Shown here piece by piece: positions 46,077 through 55,930 of a stretch of 64,000 nt of DNA (positions are counted from its first letter, which is position 1; every line of letters begins with the position of its first letter). This DNA comes from Chthoniobacterales bacterium (GTDB taxonomy: Bacteria; Verrucomicrobiota; Verrucomicrobiia; Chthoniobacterales; JACTMZ01): the NCBI GenBank assembly GCA_044359955.1, contig JBIKLF010000006.1:2494-66493 (forward strand), written 5' to 3'. The translations under genes were made by a program, and so were the position numbers. The notes under the pieces were generated by a model that searched no databases, was not told where the DNA came from, and worked only from the letters and a program-made list of their open reading frames with translations.

Positions 46077-46291
46077 GGCTTGGCTCGGTTTGTCCAGGGG
46101 GCACGGCCGTCCCGGCCGTATTGTCTGATCGTGACGGGCTCAGAATTTGCAGACTTAGGTAGGGACGCGCGGCTCGCGCGTCCGTTGGTTGGGGAGCGGA
46201 CGAGCGGGCCGCTCGTCCCTACCTTCTGAACGAACATTTCCTCCTGCTGCAGCCCGTCCATCGCCGCGGCTTCTGCATCGTTACGGCTGAG
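46077..46291. repeat. ~220-bp composite repeat, copy 2
   Basis: Aligns with 35109..35306, apart from a few substitutions and an 18-bp insertion (AACGAACATTTCCTCCTG). Confidence 0.85.
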
Positions 46292-46341
46292 CCGATTTCA
46301 TGCCATTGAGCAACCGAGCGGCGGGTAGCGAGTCCAGCGGA

Positions 46342-46602
46342 TTATACCACGACGAGATCGACCTTCGCCGAGGGTCCGAGCGAAAGGAGCAGGTCGCGGC
46401 AGTCCTCCCAAGTCAGACCAAAGGCGCGGACATCTGCGATGCCGATTCGGGCGACCACATCAGAAAGAAGCGTCGCCTGAGTTTCGTCGAAATCACCGTC
46501 GCACATGGCCGACTCCGCCCAATCCACCAAGCCGCCGAGAGAAAGGGTGCCGTGCAGGCAAGCCCCCAAGTGCTGGGCAACGGACTCGCGAGTCACCTTC
46601 AT
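46342..46602 (-). CDS. hypothetical 86-aa acidic protein, partner of the upstream retropepsin-like gene
   Basis: MKVTRESVAQHLGACLHGTLSLGGLVDWAESAMCDGDFDE...VRAFGLTWEDCRDLL. Starts 49 bp downstream of the protease gene on the same strand. Confidence 0.55.
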   Translation of the reverse strand: MKVTRESVAQHLGACLHGTLSLGGLVDWAESAMCDGDFDETQATLLSDVVARIGIADVRAFGLTWEDCRDLLLSLGPSAKVDLVVV

Positions 46603-46651
46603 CTCTCACATTTGGACCTGCCGATGCCCTTGATCAACCCGCGCGAGGCCG

Positions 46652-47044
<393 letters not shown>

Positions 47045-47081
47045 TTATCACGGCTTCTCAATGAGGACAAGGGGGCCACAC

Positions 47082-48134
47082 TCACGCCCCGCGGGTTTTC
47101 CAGGCGTCGACGATTTGTTGGATGGTGTCTTCGAGGGAGATGGTGATGTCCCACGCGGGGTAGTCGCGGCGCATTTTGGCGAGGTTGCTGATGTAGCAGA
47201 TGTGGTCGCCAATGCGGTTTTCGTTGACGTAGGTGTGGATCTGCTTTTTTCCGGTGAACTTCTCGGTGATGGCGAACGCTTCGAGGATGGAGCAGGAGTT
47301 GTCGCGTCCGCCGCCGATGTTGTAGACCTCGGCCACGCGGGGCGCTTTGAGGAATTCCTCGATGAAACGGGCCACGTCATGGCTGTGGATATTGTCGCGG
47401 ACCTGTTTGCCTTGGTAGCCGTAGACTTTGTATTCCTTGTCCTCGAGGTTGCACTTCACGAGATAGCTGAGAAACCCGTGCAACTCGACGCCGGCGTGGT
47501 TCGGGCCGGTGAGACATCCGCCGCGCAGACAGCAGCTGGGCATGTCGAAGTAGCGGCCGTATTCCTGGACCATGATGTCGGCAGCGGCTTTCGACGCGCC
47601 GAAAAGGGAGTGTTTGGATTGATCGATGGAGAAATCTTCGTCGATGCCGTCGGCGTAAGCAGGATCGTCATAATCCCAGCGGGTCTCGAGTTCCTTGAGT
47701 TTGATCAAGTTCGGACGGTCGCCGTAGACTTTGTTGGTCGACATATGGGCGAAGGGCGATTCGGGGCAGGCGCGGCGGACGGCTTCGAGGAGGTTGAGCG
47801 TGCCGACGGCATTGGTGTCGAAGTCGTCGAAGGGGATGGCGGCGGCGCGGTCGTGGCTGGGCTGCGCGGCGGTGTGGACGATGGCGTCGGGCTTGAGTTT
47901 GGCCAGGAGATCGAGGACGCCTGAGCGATCGCGGATGTCGAGTTCGTGATGGTGGAAATTTTTGATCAGCTTGGCCAAGCGTTCCTGGTTCCAACGCGTG
48001 TCGCCCTGCGGACCGAAGAAGACGGCGCGCTGGTTGTTGTCGAGGCCGTGGATTTCCCAGCCGAGGCCGGCAAAGTGGAGACAAACTTCCGAGCCGATAA
48101 GGCCGGAGGATCCGGTGACGAGCAGCTTGCGCAT
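47082..48134 (-). CDS. NAD-dependent sugar-nucleotide epimerase/dehydratase (SDR, CDP-paratose 2-epimerase-like)
   Basis: 350 aa. [10 protein letters not shown] Rossmann motif. The catalytic region is GASKAAAD, i.e. the YxxxK position reads FGASK, which is atypical. Length and blocks fit extended SDRs. Confidence 0.85.
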   Translation of the reverse strand: MRKLLVTGSSGLIGSEVCLHFAGLGWEIHGLDNNQRAVFFGPQGDTRWNQERLAKLIKNFHHHELDIRDRSGVLDLLAKLKPDAIVHTAAQPSHDRAAAIPFDDFDTNAVGTLNLLEAVRRACPESPFAHMSTNKVYGDRPNLIKLKELETRWDYDDPAYADGIDEDFSIDQSKHSLFGASKAAADIMVQEYGRYFDMPSCCLRGGCLTGPNHAGVELHGFLSYLVKCNLEDKEYKVYGYQGKQVRDNIHSHDVARFIEEFLKAPRVAEVYNIGGGRDNSCSILEAFAITEKFTGKKQIHTYVNENRIGDHICYISNLAKMRRDYPAWDITISLEDTIQQIVDAWKTRGA

Positions 48135-48190
48135 AAGTTAAGGAATGACAGTTTTCAGTGTTCGGTTTTCAGCGGCAAGCAAGACCTTTG

Positions 48191-48739
48191 TCACTCGGCC
48201 GCGACTTCCTTGATCATGGGGAGGAGGTCGTTGAGGAGGCGGTGCCAGGTTTCGACTTTGCCGAGGCGGGTGCGTTGGAATTCGGTGTCGGGGGAGTTGT
48301 CCTCGATGACGGCGCGGAGACCGTCGAGATGGCCGGTGGCATTCTCGAGGTGCGGTTCGATGCGGAGACGCAGGAAGCCGTTGGCCAGATGGCGGAGGTT
48401 GAGTTCGGCCCGGAAGTGTTCTTTGCGCACGCCGGGCAGGAAGACGCGTTCGACGGCGCCGAACTGACGGAGCCATTTGAGACCCTCGAACGTGCCGCCG
48501 CGGCTGGAGCCGAGCAGGACCATGATTTCGTCGAGGTTGAGCGGGCGGGGGGTGGCGAAAAGGAGACCGTAGACTTGTCCGGCCGAGCGCGGCAGGGACA
48601 GGGCCTCGGCGGCGCGGAGAAAGAGCGAAACGGCTTGGATCTGGAAAGGTGAAAGTCCCGCGGACGCCAGGAGTGGATTTTTCCGGGCAGGCTGCCGCCC
48701 TTGGTCAGCACGTGGTGATGGAGCCCCGGAGGACGGCAT
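48191..48739 (-). CDS. GbsR/MarR-family transcriptional regulator
   Basis: 182 aa. Winged-HTH region LPRSAGQVYGLLFATPRPLNLDEIMVLLGSSRGGTFEGLKWLRQFGAVERV. The start codon is 4 bp from the IS left end. Confidence 0.7.
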   Translation of the reverse strand: MPSSGAPSPRADQGRQPARKNPLLASAGLSPFQIQAVSLFLRAAEALSLPRSAGQVYGLLFATPRPLNLDEIMVLLGSSRGGTFEGLKWLRQFGAVERVFLPGVRKEHFRAELNLRHLANGFLRLRIEPHLENATGHLDGLRAVIEDNSPDTEFQRTRLGKVETWHRLLNDLLPMIKEVAAE

Positions 48740-48743
48740 GAAA

Positions 48744-50758
48744 TTAACCCAAGTTCCGCAGTTTGCGCGAGGCGTGAAAATATTTTCTCTGTAGCTCTGT
48801 GGCGGCGTGCGGTGCGTTTCTCTGTCGGTGTGGTTGGAATGAGCGTGTAGTGGAGAAGAGGCCCTTGTTCATGGTGCGTGGGGGCTGGAAAATGCGGGCG
48901 TGTTTCTGCGCAAAAACCGCAAACGATTCGACGGCGAGGTCTACGAGTATTGGACGTTGTGCCAGACAGTGCGCACCGAGCGCGGGCCGCGTCAGCAGGT
49001 GGTGGCTACGTTGGGCAAGTTTACCGAGGAAGATCTGGCGGCGGGTTGGGAGGATCTGGAAGCCTTGCTTGAGGGTCGGCGGCCGGGGCCCAGGCAGCGC
49101 GAGTTGTTCGGGCGGCAAGGTGATGATGAAGCGGCGTTGGGTTGGGAGTTGGCCGATCTGCAGAACTTGGGGGTGGAGCGGGTGCGGGAGTTTGGTTCGG
49201 TCTTTCTGGCCCTGACCTTGTGGCGGCGGCTGGGTTTGCACGAGTTGCTGTCCGAGTTGATCGAGCCCGGGCGCGAAGAGATCGCGTGGGCCGAGGTGGC
49301 GGCGGTCTTGACGGTTGGGAAGTTTTGCGGACAAGCCTCCGAGTTGGGGATCGCCGAAGAGTGGTATGCGCGCACCGCGTTGGAGGACCTCTGCGGCATT
49401 CCGGTCGAGTCGGTCAACGACGACCGGCTCTACCGGGCCTTGGACAAAGTCGGCGCGCACAAAGACCGGCTCTGCGAGCACTTGATGGAGCGCTACCGGC
49501 AATGGTTCGGGGTGCGCTTCGAGTTTTTGCTCTACGATGTGACCAGCACGTATTTTGAGGGGCAGGCGGCTCGGAACGAAAAGGCCACCCGGGGCTACTC
49601 GCGCGATCAGCGCAGCGACTGTAAACAGGTGTGCCTCGGCCTGGTCTGCACGCCGGAGGGTCTGCCCTTGAACTTCGAGATCTTTGCCGGCCACCGCGCC
49701 GACGTGACCACCGTCAAGGACATCGTGCGCAAAATGGAAGATCGCTTCGGCCAGGCCGAACGCATCTGGGTGATGGACCGCGGCATGGTCAGCGAGGCCA
49801 ACATCGAGTTTTTACGGCAACGCCAAGCGCGCTACATCGTGGGCACCCCGAAAAGCCGGCTGCGCGATTACCAGGCGCAGTTGGCCGAGAAAGAAAACTG
49901 GGTCGACGTGGAAAACGGCGTCGAAGCCCGCTTGGTCGATCATCCCGATGGCGATGGCCAGGAACGCTACGTGCTCTGCCGCAGCAGCGCCCGGGGAGCC
50001 AAAGAAAGCGCCATGCTCGAACGGCAAATGACCGGCCTGACCGAGCAGATGATGAAAATCGACCGGGCTCTGCAGCGTCGCGCTCCGAGCGACTTGGGCA
50101 AGATCGAACGCCGCATCGGCCGCTGGCAGGGCAAGTATCCTGCCGCCGCACGCTTGCTGGAGGTCGCCTTACGCCAAGACGGCGAAGGCCGCGTCTGCGG
50201 ACTCCAACTCAGCTGCCCGGTGCGCGAGACCGGCCATCCCCTTTTGGCCAAAGGCGCCTACCTGTTGCGCACCAACTGCACGGAAACCGACCCGGCCAAA
50301 CTCTGGCGCTGGTATATCCAACTCACCCAGGCCGAAGCCGCTTTCCGCACGGCCAAAAGCGATCTGGGCCTGCGCCCGGTCTATCATCAAAAAACCGACC
50401 GGGTCGAAGCCCATCTGCTCATCTGCTTTTTGAGCCTGGCCCTGTGGCGTTCCTTGGAAATGTGGATGCAATCCAAAAGCCTCGGTTCCAGTGCCCGCAA
50501 AGTCGTCACCGCCTTCTCCACCATCCGTTCCATGGATGTCACCGTCCCGGTCAAACGCGCCGAACGCGTGCTCACCTTGCGCCTGCGCACCGTGGCCAAG
50601 CCCGACGCCGATGTCGCCCTCCTGCTCACCCACCTCGGCCTCCGCCTGCCCAAGGGCTCCAAACTTGTCCAAAATGTAGTGGAGAAAAACACCTGAAAAT
50701 CCACGCAAGTGACTGCAAATCAATAAAACGGTCTTTCTAACTGCGGAACTTGGGTTAA
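48744..50758 (+). mobile_element. IS1634-family (IS4 superfamily) insertion sequence, apparently intact
   Basis: 2015 bp. Perfect 20-bp terminal inverted repeats TTAACCCAAGTTCCGCAGTT (48744..48763) and AACTGCGGAACTTGGGTTAA (50739..50758). Flanking 10-mers CGGCATGAAA and CGGCGTGAAC (8/10) are a likely target-site duplication. Confidence 0.88.
48900..50696 (+). CDS. IS1634-family DDE transposase
   Basis: 598 aa, GTG start. MFLRKNRKRFDGEVYEYWTLCQTVRTERGPRQQVVATLG is the typical IS1634-family N-terminus. DDE region LYDVTSTYFEG ... WVMDRGMVSE ... YIQLTQAEAAFRTAKSDL. Confidence 0.9.
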   Translation: MFLRKNRKRFDGEVYEYWTLCQTVRTERGPRQQVVATLGKFTEEDLAAGWEDLEALLEGRRPGPRQRELFGRQGDDEAALGWELADLQNLGVERVREFGSVFLALTLWRRLGLHELLSELIEPGREEIAWAEVAAVLTVGKFCGQASELGIAEEWYARTALEDLCGIPVESVNDDRLYRALDKVGAHKDRLCEHLMERYRQWFGVRFEFLLYDVTSTYFEGQAARNEKATRGYSRDQRSDCKQVCLGLVCTPEGLPLNFEIFAGHRADVTTVKDIVRKMEDRFGQAERIWVMDRGMVSEANIEFLRQRQARYIVGTPKSRLRDYQAQLAEKENWVDVENGVEARLVDHPDGDGQERYVLCRSSARGAKESAMLERQMTGLTEQMMKIDRALQRRAPSDLGKIERRIGRWQGKYPAAARLLEVALRQDGEGRVCGLQLSCPVRETGHPLLAKGAYLLRTNCTETDPAKLWRWYIQLTQAEAAFRTAKSDLGLRPVYHQKTDRVEAHLLICFLSLALWRSLEMWMQSKSLGSSARKVVTAFSTIRSMDVTVPVKRAERVLTLRLRTVAKPDADVALLLTHLGLRLPKGSKLVQNVVEKNT

Positions 50759-50958
50759 CGGCGTGAACTTCGACGAACTGAACAGCCGCAAGACCTCAAA
50801 GAAACGCCATGCGGGGAAATATTCAAGAAATCGTGAATGAAACTGACAGATTTATGGGAATAAATTCCCGATCTGGGGTATTTTCCTCTGATTCCGGGGC
50901 TGCTATCGGTGTTTTTGCGTCGCGGTGGGCGGGGCGGATTTGTAGGTTGGGTTGTCTC

Positions 50959-51306
50959 ATGACCTACTATTTGGTGAAGCTTTTTGTCAGTGCGGGCCTG
51001 ATTGTCGCGGTGAGCGAGGTGGCCAAGCGCAGTGGTTACCTCGGGGGATTGATTGCTTCCTTGCCGCTGGTTTCCTTGTTGGCCATCGGGTGGATGTGGT
51101 TCGAGACCCATGATGGGGCGAAGGTCGCGGACTTCTCACGCAGCGTTTTCTGGTTCGTGCTGCCGAGTCTGCTTTTCTTTATCATGCTTCCTTGGCTGCT
51201 CCCGAAGATCGGATTTTATGGCGCCTTGGCCATAGCCTGCGTGGCCACGGCGGCCGGCTATGCGGTGATGTCGGCCGCGTTGGCCAAGGCCGGGATCAGT
51301 CTTTGA
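50959..51306 (+). CDS. DUF3147 family membrane protein
   Basis: 115 aa, four hydrophobic helices. MTYYLVKLFVSAGLIVAVSEVAKRSGYLGGLIASLPLVS matches my memory of DUF3147. Confidence 0.65.
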   Translation: MTYYLVKLFVSAGLIVAVSEVAKRSGYLGGLIASLPLVSLLAIGWMWFETHDGAKVADFSRSVFWFVLPSLLFFIMLPWLLPKIGFYGALAIACVATAAGYAVMSAALAKAGISL

Positions 51307-53287
51307 CCGGCCCCGCCGCCGGCCGACGCCACACCGCCACCGCGACCACTCCCACCCCCAGAAACAGCAGGGCAAAAGCGGACGGCTCGGGCACGACCTG
51401 AAACTGCGTCACCCGTCCCCTGACACTCCCGCCGGCGAAATCGGCCATTTGCGACTCCGTGGTGACCTCGATGTCATAGTCTGTGAGAACATCGTACGCG
51501 GTTCCATTGTAGTTCACCGTTCCGACAACTGGGGCCAAGATGTAGAAGTTGAACACCGCTTGGTCGATCGACGCGAGGAAGTCGTTGATTTGATCGGTGA
51601 AAAATCCCCCAACGTAGGCGTCGCCCGGAGCGAGCGAACTGAAAGAGAAATAAACATTCACCGTGTTGACCGCACTCAAGGATGCCGTGAACGGCGTGGC
51701 TGACGTCAATCGCAACAGGTCATTCACGCTGTTGAAGGCATCGGAATAAACCGGATTGGGTCCGGTGAACTCGAAATTGAAATCCAGCCCGCCCGCCGGA
51801 TCGACCGAAGGCGCGGTGAGAATGCCCGGGCTGTTGCCGGGATCGATCGAACCTACGCCGGAGATCGCCGCGACGCGTCCGCTGCCGCCCAGCGATCCGT
51901 AGGCGCCGACGCGGACTCCGGAGGAGGCGTCGATGCGGCCGTCGACCACTAGGCGTCCACCGTGCACCCACGTCGCCCCGGTGTAGGAGTTGCTGGCCGT
52001 CACCTCCAAGCGGCCGCCGCTGACGGCCAACCCACCCGTGCCGGACATGTTCCCGGTGATCCGGTTGGTCCCGGCACCGGTGATTTCCAGCAGCTTGCCG
52101 CTGCTGTTGAGGTTGGAAATGGTAATACCCCCGGCTCCGCCGTCCCAATACTGGTGGTCACCGAGCGCGAGATTGGCAGTGAATGTCTGGCGGGCGATGT
52201 CATAGTTGACCACACCGCCGCGGCCGATGGTCAGAGTTCTGTCGCCGGCCAAGGTGAAGCCGAGCGAGGAGTTGGTTGTGCTCCGGAAATACAGGCCGCG
52301 CAAGTTGGCGGCGGAATTGACATTCACAGCCCGGTTGTTGCCGGCGGTCCCGCCGTTGAAGGTGACATAGCGGTCCGAGGGAGCGTTGCCGCTGGCCAAG
52401 CCCCACGCCTGCCGCTCGCCTATCGAAGTGCTCGAACTCCCGACCCAAGTGTTACTCGAGTTGCCCACCATCCGCAGGGCGAAGCCGTCGGGAGTCGTCA
52501 GCCCGTTGATGACGCTCATGACCGTCGAGTTGGCGAAATAGTTGTAGGCGTTGACAGTGCTGAAGTCGGTGCCGGCGTTGTTGCCGATGATCGTGAGCTC
52601 GCTGCCACCGTTGGGATTCGTCCACGGGATGAAGATCGGGCTACCGGAGTCGCCAACCTGCAATTGGAGATCGGTATAGGCCGAGGTGACTTGGGACGTC
52701 GAAACGCCTAGCGCGGTGCCGTTGATGGTGGCCGCTCCAATCCGCGGGCTACTCGACCCGTCCGGGCCGCGCCCGTAAACCAGCAGCGGCTGGCCGTTGT
52801 ACGAATTATTCACCGAGGACGAGGAGTTCAGGTCGAGCACGCCGTAGCGGGCAATCTGCCAAGAACCCGGCATCGGGGTCGTGAGCCGGCCGATCGACAG
52901 GTCCCCTACAGGCTGGTTGACGAAGACAACCCCGTAGGTGGTATCCGTCACGGCGGCTTGGGTGGCTGCGCGGCGCGTGCCGTCGGGGCTCACAAGTTGG
53001 ATCGTGGCGGCGCCGCCGTAGTGTCGGGCCACCAAATAGTGCTGCGGGGAGATAAACCCGAAGCCTTTGGTGCCGTCCATCGCCGACCACCCCACCCCAG
53101 ACCAGTCAAAGCCCGCCCCGACAAAGCTCGTGTTGCTGTTGGCCACCGGATTGGTGGCGAAACCGCTGCTGAAGCGATCATTGACCGTGTTACTGTAGGT
53201 GGCTACTTGCAGCGCCTGGAGGTCAGCTCCTTGGGCCCAAATCAACCCGAGGGCCATTATTGCCCATTTTGTTCGACCACAACTCAC
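51296..53287 (-). CDS. PEP-CTERM-anchored secreted protein: trypsin-like (S1) peptidase domain plus autotransporter-associated beta-strand (PATR) repeats
   Basis: Candidate catalytic triad LVARHYGG (His), GDLSIGRL (Asp) and QVGDSGSPIF (Ser). PATR-type repeats (TLAGDRTLTIGRGGV..., GGLAVSGGRLEVTASNSYTGATWVHGGRLVV). C-terminal VPEPSAFALLFLGVGVVAVAVWRR. Start uncertain: GTG 53287 gives the signal peptide MSCGRTKWAIMALGLIWAQGA; alternatives are 53257, 53374 and 53440. Confidence 0.8.
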   Translation of the reverse strand: MSCGRTKWAIMALGLIWAQGADLQALQVATYSNTVNDRFSSGFATNPVANSNTSFVGAGFDWSGVGWSAMDGTKGFGFISPQHYLVARHYGGAATIQLVSPDGTRRAATQAAVTDTTYGVVFVNQPVGDLSIGRLTTPMPGSWQIARYGVLDLNSSSSVNNSYNGQPLLVYGRGPDGSSSPRIGAATINGTALGVSTSQVTSAYTDLQLQVGDSGSPIFIPWTNPNGGSELTIIGNNAGTDFSTVNAYNYFANSTVMSVINGLTTPDGFALRMVGNSSNTWVGSSSTSIGERQAWGLASGNAPSDRYVTFNGGTAGNNRAVNVNSAANLRGLYFRSTTNSSLGFTLAGDRTLTIGRGGVVNYDIARQTFTANLALGDHQYWDGGAGGITISNLNSSGKLLEITGAGTNRITGNMSGTGGLAVSGGRLEVTASNSYTGATWVHGGRLVVDGRIDASSGVRVGAYGSLGGSGRVAAISGVGSIDPGNSPGILTAPSVDPAGGLDFNFEFTGPNPVYSDAFNSVNDLLRLTSATPFTASLSAVNTVNVYFSFSSLAPGDAYVGGFFTDQINDFLASIDQAVFNFYILAPVVGTVNYNGTAYDVLTDYDIEVTTESQMADFAGGSVRGRVTQFQVVPEPSAFALLFLGVGVVAVAVWRRPAAGPVKD

Positions 53288-53383
53288 TACACCAAAACCA
53301 ATACTGCATTTCCCCACGTTTTCAACCCGAATGTGCCTCGGTTTCGCTGTCGAGTTCCCCGACGAATCAGGCATAGTGGTGCC

Positions 53384-54163
53384 GTGCCGACTTTTTCTTG
53401 GATTGCCGCCGTCCTGATCTGCCTGCCAGCGACAGGACATGCCAGCCCCGCCCGGGTGGTCAGTCTGGCGCCCAATCTGACCGAGATAGTGACCTCACTC
53501 GGGGGAGCAGACCGGTTGCTCGCCGTGACGCCGTTTTGCGCGGCGCCGGATACCATGGTTCGCCTGCCCGGCGGCATCCAACCGGAAGCTGAAACCGTCC
53601 TCGCTTTGACGCCGGATTTGATTCTGGCCACCTCGATGACCCCGGCAGCAACCCGCAGCCAACTGCAGAAACTCGGCCTCAAGGTGGAGGTCATCGACGC
53701 CCATTCCTTGGCCGATATCGCCAACGCAACAAACCGCATCGCCAGCCTCCTGCACCTCCAGGAAACGGTTGCTTACCCCCCGACCGTAAGTCCTCGCACC
53801 CGCTCTGCGGTCCTACTTTTCGGCGCCGAAACCGGTTACAGCGCCGGATGTGGGACGCATGCCCATGAAATTCTCGAGGCGGTCGGCCTGGAGAACATCG
53901 CGGCGGAAACTTCCGGACCCTGGCCGCAACTGGGGGAGGAATTCTTACTCTCCCGGGATCCGGACCTCATCATCGTGGCCGACTACGGGTCGTCCGCGCC
54001 GCAGGATATTTTACAGACCTTGCGCAGACATCCCGTGCGCCGCCATCTTTCGGCCGTGCGCGCGGGACACGTTCTGGTTTTCCCGGCGGGGGCCTTCAGT
54101 ATTCCCGGACCCGCAGCTTTGCGCGCCACCGACGAACTGCGGGCCCGCTTGTCCCGGCTGTGA
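53384..54163 (+). CDS. ABC transporter periplasmic binding protein, BtuF/FecB (cluster A-2) type
   Basis: Signal peptide VPTFSWIAAVLICLPATGHA. RVVSLAPNLTEIV and PDLIL/PDLIIV blocks. GTG start; an alternative GTG at 53333. Confidence 0.78.
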   Translation: MPTFSWIAAVLICLPATGHASPARVVSLAPNLTEIVTSLGGADRLLAVTPFCAAPDTMVRLPGGIQPEAETVLALTPDLILATSMTPAATRSQLQKLGLKVEVIDAHSLADIANATNRIASLLHLQETVAYPPTVSPRTRSAVLLFGAETGYSAGCGTHAHEILEAVGLENIAAETSGPWPQLGEEFLLSRDPDLIIVADYGSSAPQDILQTLRRHPVRRHLSAVRAGHVLVFPAGAFSIPGPAALRATDELRARLSRL

Positions 54164-54945
54164 AGACGCCCATCCTCCAAGCAACCGGTCTCCATGCCGG
54201 TTACCAAGGATGCGCAGTGTTGCGTGGCGTAAGCTTCGATCTCCAGCGCGGCGAGGTCCTCGGGGTGATCGGGCCCAACGGCAGCGGCAAAAGCACATTG
54301 CTCAAAGCCGTGACCGGACTGCTCCCCTTGCTCGGAGGCAGGGTGCAAATCGCCGGAAAAGATTTATGCAACCTCGGCTTCCGCGAACGCGCGCGGATTT
54401 GCGCCGTGCAACCCCAGGTGGAAACTCCCCTCTTCGACTACTCCATCCGGGAATTCGTGCTCCTCGGCCGCCATCCGCACCGTCCCTTGCTCGGAAGGGC
54501 CGGCCCGGCCGATCTTCAAGCGGTGGATGCCGCGCTGACCATCACCGACCTGCTGCCGCTCGCTTCCCGCAGCATCCGCTCCCTCAGCACCGGTGAATGG
54601 CAACGTTCCCTCTTGGCCCGGGCCCTGGCCCAGGAAACCCCGTTGCTCATGCTGGACGAACCGGCGGCGCACCTTGATCCCGGGCATGGCTATGACACAC
54701 ATGCCCTGCTGCGGAAAATCAGCCGCGAGAAAGATCGTTCCGTCCTTTGCGTCTCGCACGATCTCAATCTTTCTGCCGAGTTCTGCGACCGGCTCCTCCT
54801 CCTGAGCCACGGCTGCCTGCGCGCCTTCGGCACCCCGGCCGAGGTTTTGCAGGAAACACTTTTGCAGGAAACGTTTGCCTGCTCCGCACTGCGCGTCACG
54901 ACCAACGCCCTGACGGGAAACCCCAACGTGATCTACGCGCGATGA
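54160..54945 (+). CDS. ABC transporter ATP-binding protein (FecE/BtuD-like)
   Basis: Walker A GPNGSGKST, signature LSTGEWQR and Walker B LLMLDEP. The GTG start overlaps the upstream stop. Confidence 0.9.
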   Translation: MKTPILQATGLHAGYQGCAVLRGVSFDLQRGEVLGVIGPNGSGKSTLLKAVTGLLPLLGGRVQIAGKDLCNLGFRERARICAVQPQVETPLFDYSIREFVLLGRHPHRPLLGRAGPADLQAVDAALTITDLLPLASRSIRSLSTGEWQRSLLARALAQETPLLMLDEPAAHLDPGHGYDTHALLRKISREKDRSVLCVSHDLNLSAEFCDRLLLLSHGCLRAFGTPAEVLQETLLQETFACSALRVTTNALTGNPNVIYAR

Positions 54946-55922
54946 AGAGCACAACACGCTTTCTCTTCCTCATGGCGGCCACCATGGGTGTGGTCGTCGC
55001 ATCCATTTGCCTGGGCCCGACCTCCCTGCTCGACGGTTGGAGCCTCTGGAAACTGCTGGGCCAAGGTGCGTCCACTCCCGAACTCGAGCGGGCCGCCTTG
55101 GTGCTCTGGGAACTCCGCTTGCCGCGGGTGCTCTTGGCCGCTGCCGCAGGGGCTTCGCTCGCCTTGGGCGGACTTCTCTTGCAAGCCGTCTTTCGCAATC
55201 CGCTGGCCGAGCCTTATCTGCTCGGGTTGTCCTCCGGCGGCGCGCTCGGCGCTGTCATCGCCTTGGCGGCCGGCGCCTCCTCGGTGATCTGGCCCGCCTT
55301 GGCTGGCAGCCTGGTCATTGCCTCCATTGTTTTGCTCCTCTGCCGGCACCGTATCGCCTCCGACTTGCCTTCACTCTTGCTCGCCGGCGTGGCGCTCGGC
55401 GCCCTGGCCCAAGCTTTTACCACCACCATCATCCTGCGCTTCGACCCCGGCGCACTGCGCAGCATTTTGTTCTGGCTAATGGGCAGCTTTGCCGGGCGCG
55501 GTTGGTATGAAGTTTCGCTGCTCTTGCCGGCGGCCATCATCGGACTCCTCGTCGTCTGGACCTTCCATCGACCCCTCGACCTGATCGCTCTGGGTGGCGA
55601 GAGCGCCCACCACCTCGGGGTGCGCGTGGTCGCCGTGCAAATCGGTTCCATCATCCTTGCCGCCGTGCTCACGGCTCTGACCGTCGCCACCTGCGGAACA
55701 ATCGGCTTTGTCGGCCTGATGGCACCGCATTTGGCCCGGCAAATCGTCGGTTCGACCCACGGGCAATCGGTTCCCGCCAGCGTCCTGGCCGGGATTTTCC
55801 TTACCGTGGGCTCCGACCTGGCCGCGCGGACCATTCTGGCCGGCACCGAGCTGCCCGTCGGCGTAGTCACGGGTGCCGTCGGCTGCCTCTTTTTCCTCGC
55901 CCTGCTCACCAAAAAACGCTGA
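54942..55922 (+). CDS. ABC transporter permease (FecCD/BtuC family)
   Basis: 326 aa, polytopic. RLPRVLLAAAAGASLALGGLLLQAVFRNPLAEPYLLG and GFVGLMAPHLAR blocks. The ATG overlaps the upstream stop (ATGA). Confidence 0.9.
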   Translation: MKSTTRFLFLMAATMGVVVASICLGPTSLLDGWSLWKLLGQGASTPELERAALVLWELRLPRVLLAAAAGASLALGGLLLQAVFRNPLAEPYLLGLSSGGALGAVIALAAGASSVIWPALAGSLVIASIVLLLCRHRIASDLPSLLLAGVALGALAQAFTTTIILRFDPGALRSILFWLMGSFAGRGWYEVSLLLPAAIIGLLVVWTFHRPLDLIALGGESAHHLGVRVVAVQIGSIILAAVLTALTVATCGTIGFVGLMAPHLARQIVGSTHGQSVPASVLAGIFLTVGSDLAARTILAGTELPVGVVTGAVGCLFFLALLTKKR

Positions 55923-55930
55923 CTTTCCCC

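Noticed and set aside
2644-46224. Could the regularly recurring hairpin repeats be a CRISPR array?
   Set aside because: Copies are kilobases apart, in both orientations, of variable structure and located at gene ends. There is no repeat-spacer periodicity and no cas genes.
53258-53383. Possible cobalamin riboswitch or Fur box upstream of the BtuF/FecB-type ABC importer
   Set aside because: The region is about 100 nt. I could not find a B12-box-like element, the conserved GGTGCC/GCCACTG cores, or a GATAATGATAATCATTATC-like palindrome. It is too short for a cobalamin aptamer.
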